Source: Propioniciclava sp. (lineage in GTDB: Bacteria; Actinomycetota; Actinomycetes; Propionibacteriales; Propionibacteriaceae). Taken from it: a stretch of DNA of 64,000 nt. The position numbers and the translations under genes were made by a program. Location of the stretch: assembly GCF_035435805.1 (NCBI RefSeq), contig NZ_DAOMVC010000001.1. One strand, given 5' to 3'. How positions within the stretch are numbered: position 1 is the stretch's first letter; every line of letters starts with the position of its first letter. Of the stretch, positions 63,395 through 64,000 are shown in pieces. The notes beneath the pieces were generated by a model. The model saw only the letters and a program-made list of their open reading frames with translations, was not told where the DNA came from and did no database searches.

Positions 63395-64000
63395 TCAGGG
63401 GTGGAGCCCGCGGCTCTCGTGGGCCTGGGTGACGCGTTCGACGGCGGTGAGCATCGCCGCCTGACGCAGGGTTCGGCCGTGGGAGTCGGCCGCCTTGACG
63501 ACGTCCTCCCAGGCGGCGAGCATCCGCTCCTTGAGCCGCTCCTCGACCAGAGCGAGCGGCCAGCGGTAGGTCTGGTTGGCCTGGGCCCACTCGAAGTAGG
63601 AGACGATGACACCGCCCGCGTTCGCGAGGATGTCGGGGACCACGAGCACGCCGCGGTCGCGGAGGATCGCGTCTGCGGCCACGGTGGTCGGTCCGTTCGC
63701 GCCCTCGACGATGATGCGGGCCGCGATGTCTCCCGCGTTGGCGTCGGTGATCACGCCCTCCACGGCGGCGGGGACGAGCAGGTCGACCGGCAGCGTCAGT
63801 AGCTGGTCGCGGTCGATCTCCTGCGCGCCGCGGAAGCCCCGCACGGTGCCGGTAGCGTCCACGTGGGCGCCGAGTGCGGCGAAATCGATCCCGGCTTCGC
63901 TGTGGATCGCTGCGAACTGGTCGCTGACCGCGACCACGCGGATGCCCGCCTCGGCCAGGAACTCGGCCGCGCCACGGCCCACCTTGCCGTACCCCTGGAC
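63395..64000 (-). CDS. Glu/Leu/Phe/Val dehydrogenase (5'-truncated by window edge)
   Basis: VQGYGKVG, LVPAA, IVEGANGPTT, VPDILANAGGVIVSYFEW. Confidence 0.92.
   Translation of the reverse strand, partial: VQGYGKVGRGAAEFLAEAGIRVVAVSDQFAAIHSEAGIDFAALGAHVDATGTVRGFRGAQEIDRDQLLTLPVDLLVPAAVEGVITDANAGDIAARIIVEGANGPTTVAADAILRDRGVLVVPDILANAGGVIVSYFEWAQANQTYRWPLALVEERLKERMLAAWEDVVKAADSHGRTLRQAAMLTAVERVTQAHESRGLHP

Overview
High-GC actinobacterial chromosome segment; gene content suggests Propionibacteriaceae (inference). 1-12.3 kb is a Tad/Flp pilus locus: tadA-tadB-tadC, a NarL-type two-component pair, Flp pilin, a TadG-like protein and an OmpA-domain lipoprotein. After an intervening FAD/Fe-S dehydrogenase it continues with an SGNH hydrolase carrying a Flp-prepilin-like N-terminus and a small lipoprotein. 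The pilin and pilin-SGNH genes share a 28-bp upstream motif (23/28 identical) at nearly the same distance from a -10 box, suggesting a co-regulated pilus-displayed enzyme/effector (plus possible immunity) system, the best novelty candidate. The rest follows the rne-rplU-rpmA-obgE-proB-proA-nadD-rsfS backbone with accessory blocks: a PTS/BglG operon with RAT-terminator, nadE, an ABC exporter with a sensor-less histidine kinase, a collapsed cholesterol-oxidase-like pseudogene, a 13-kb LacI-controlled Amadori-compound island (FrlB/FrlD/FrlC-like plus a two-subunit oxoprolinase and peptide-type ABC importer), a Na+/H+ antiporter with an in-frame TAA and a structured leader, and a GDH/RraA/2-hydroxyacid dehydrogenase operon cut by the right edge. 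No tRNA, rRNA, CRISPR or transposase was recognised. Family calls rest on motif recognition by eye, not database searches.
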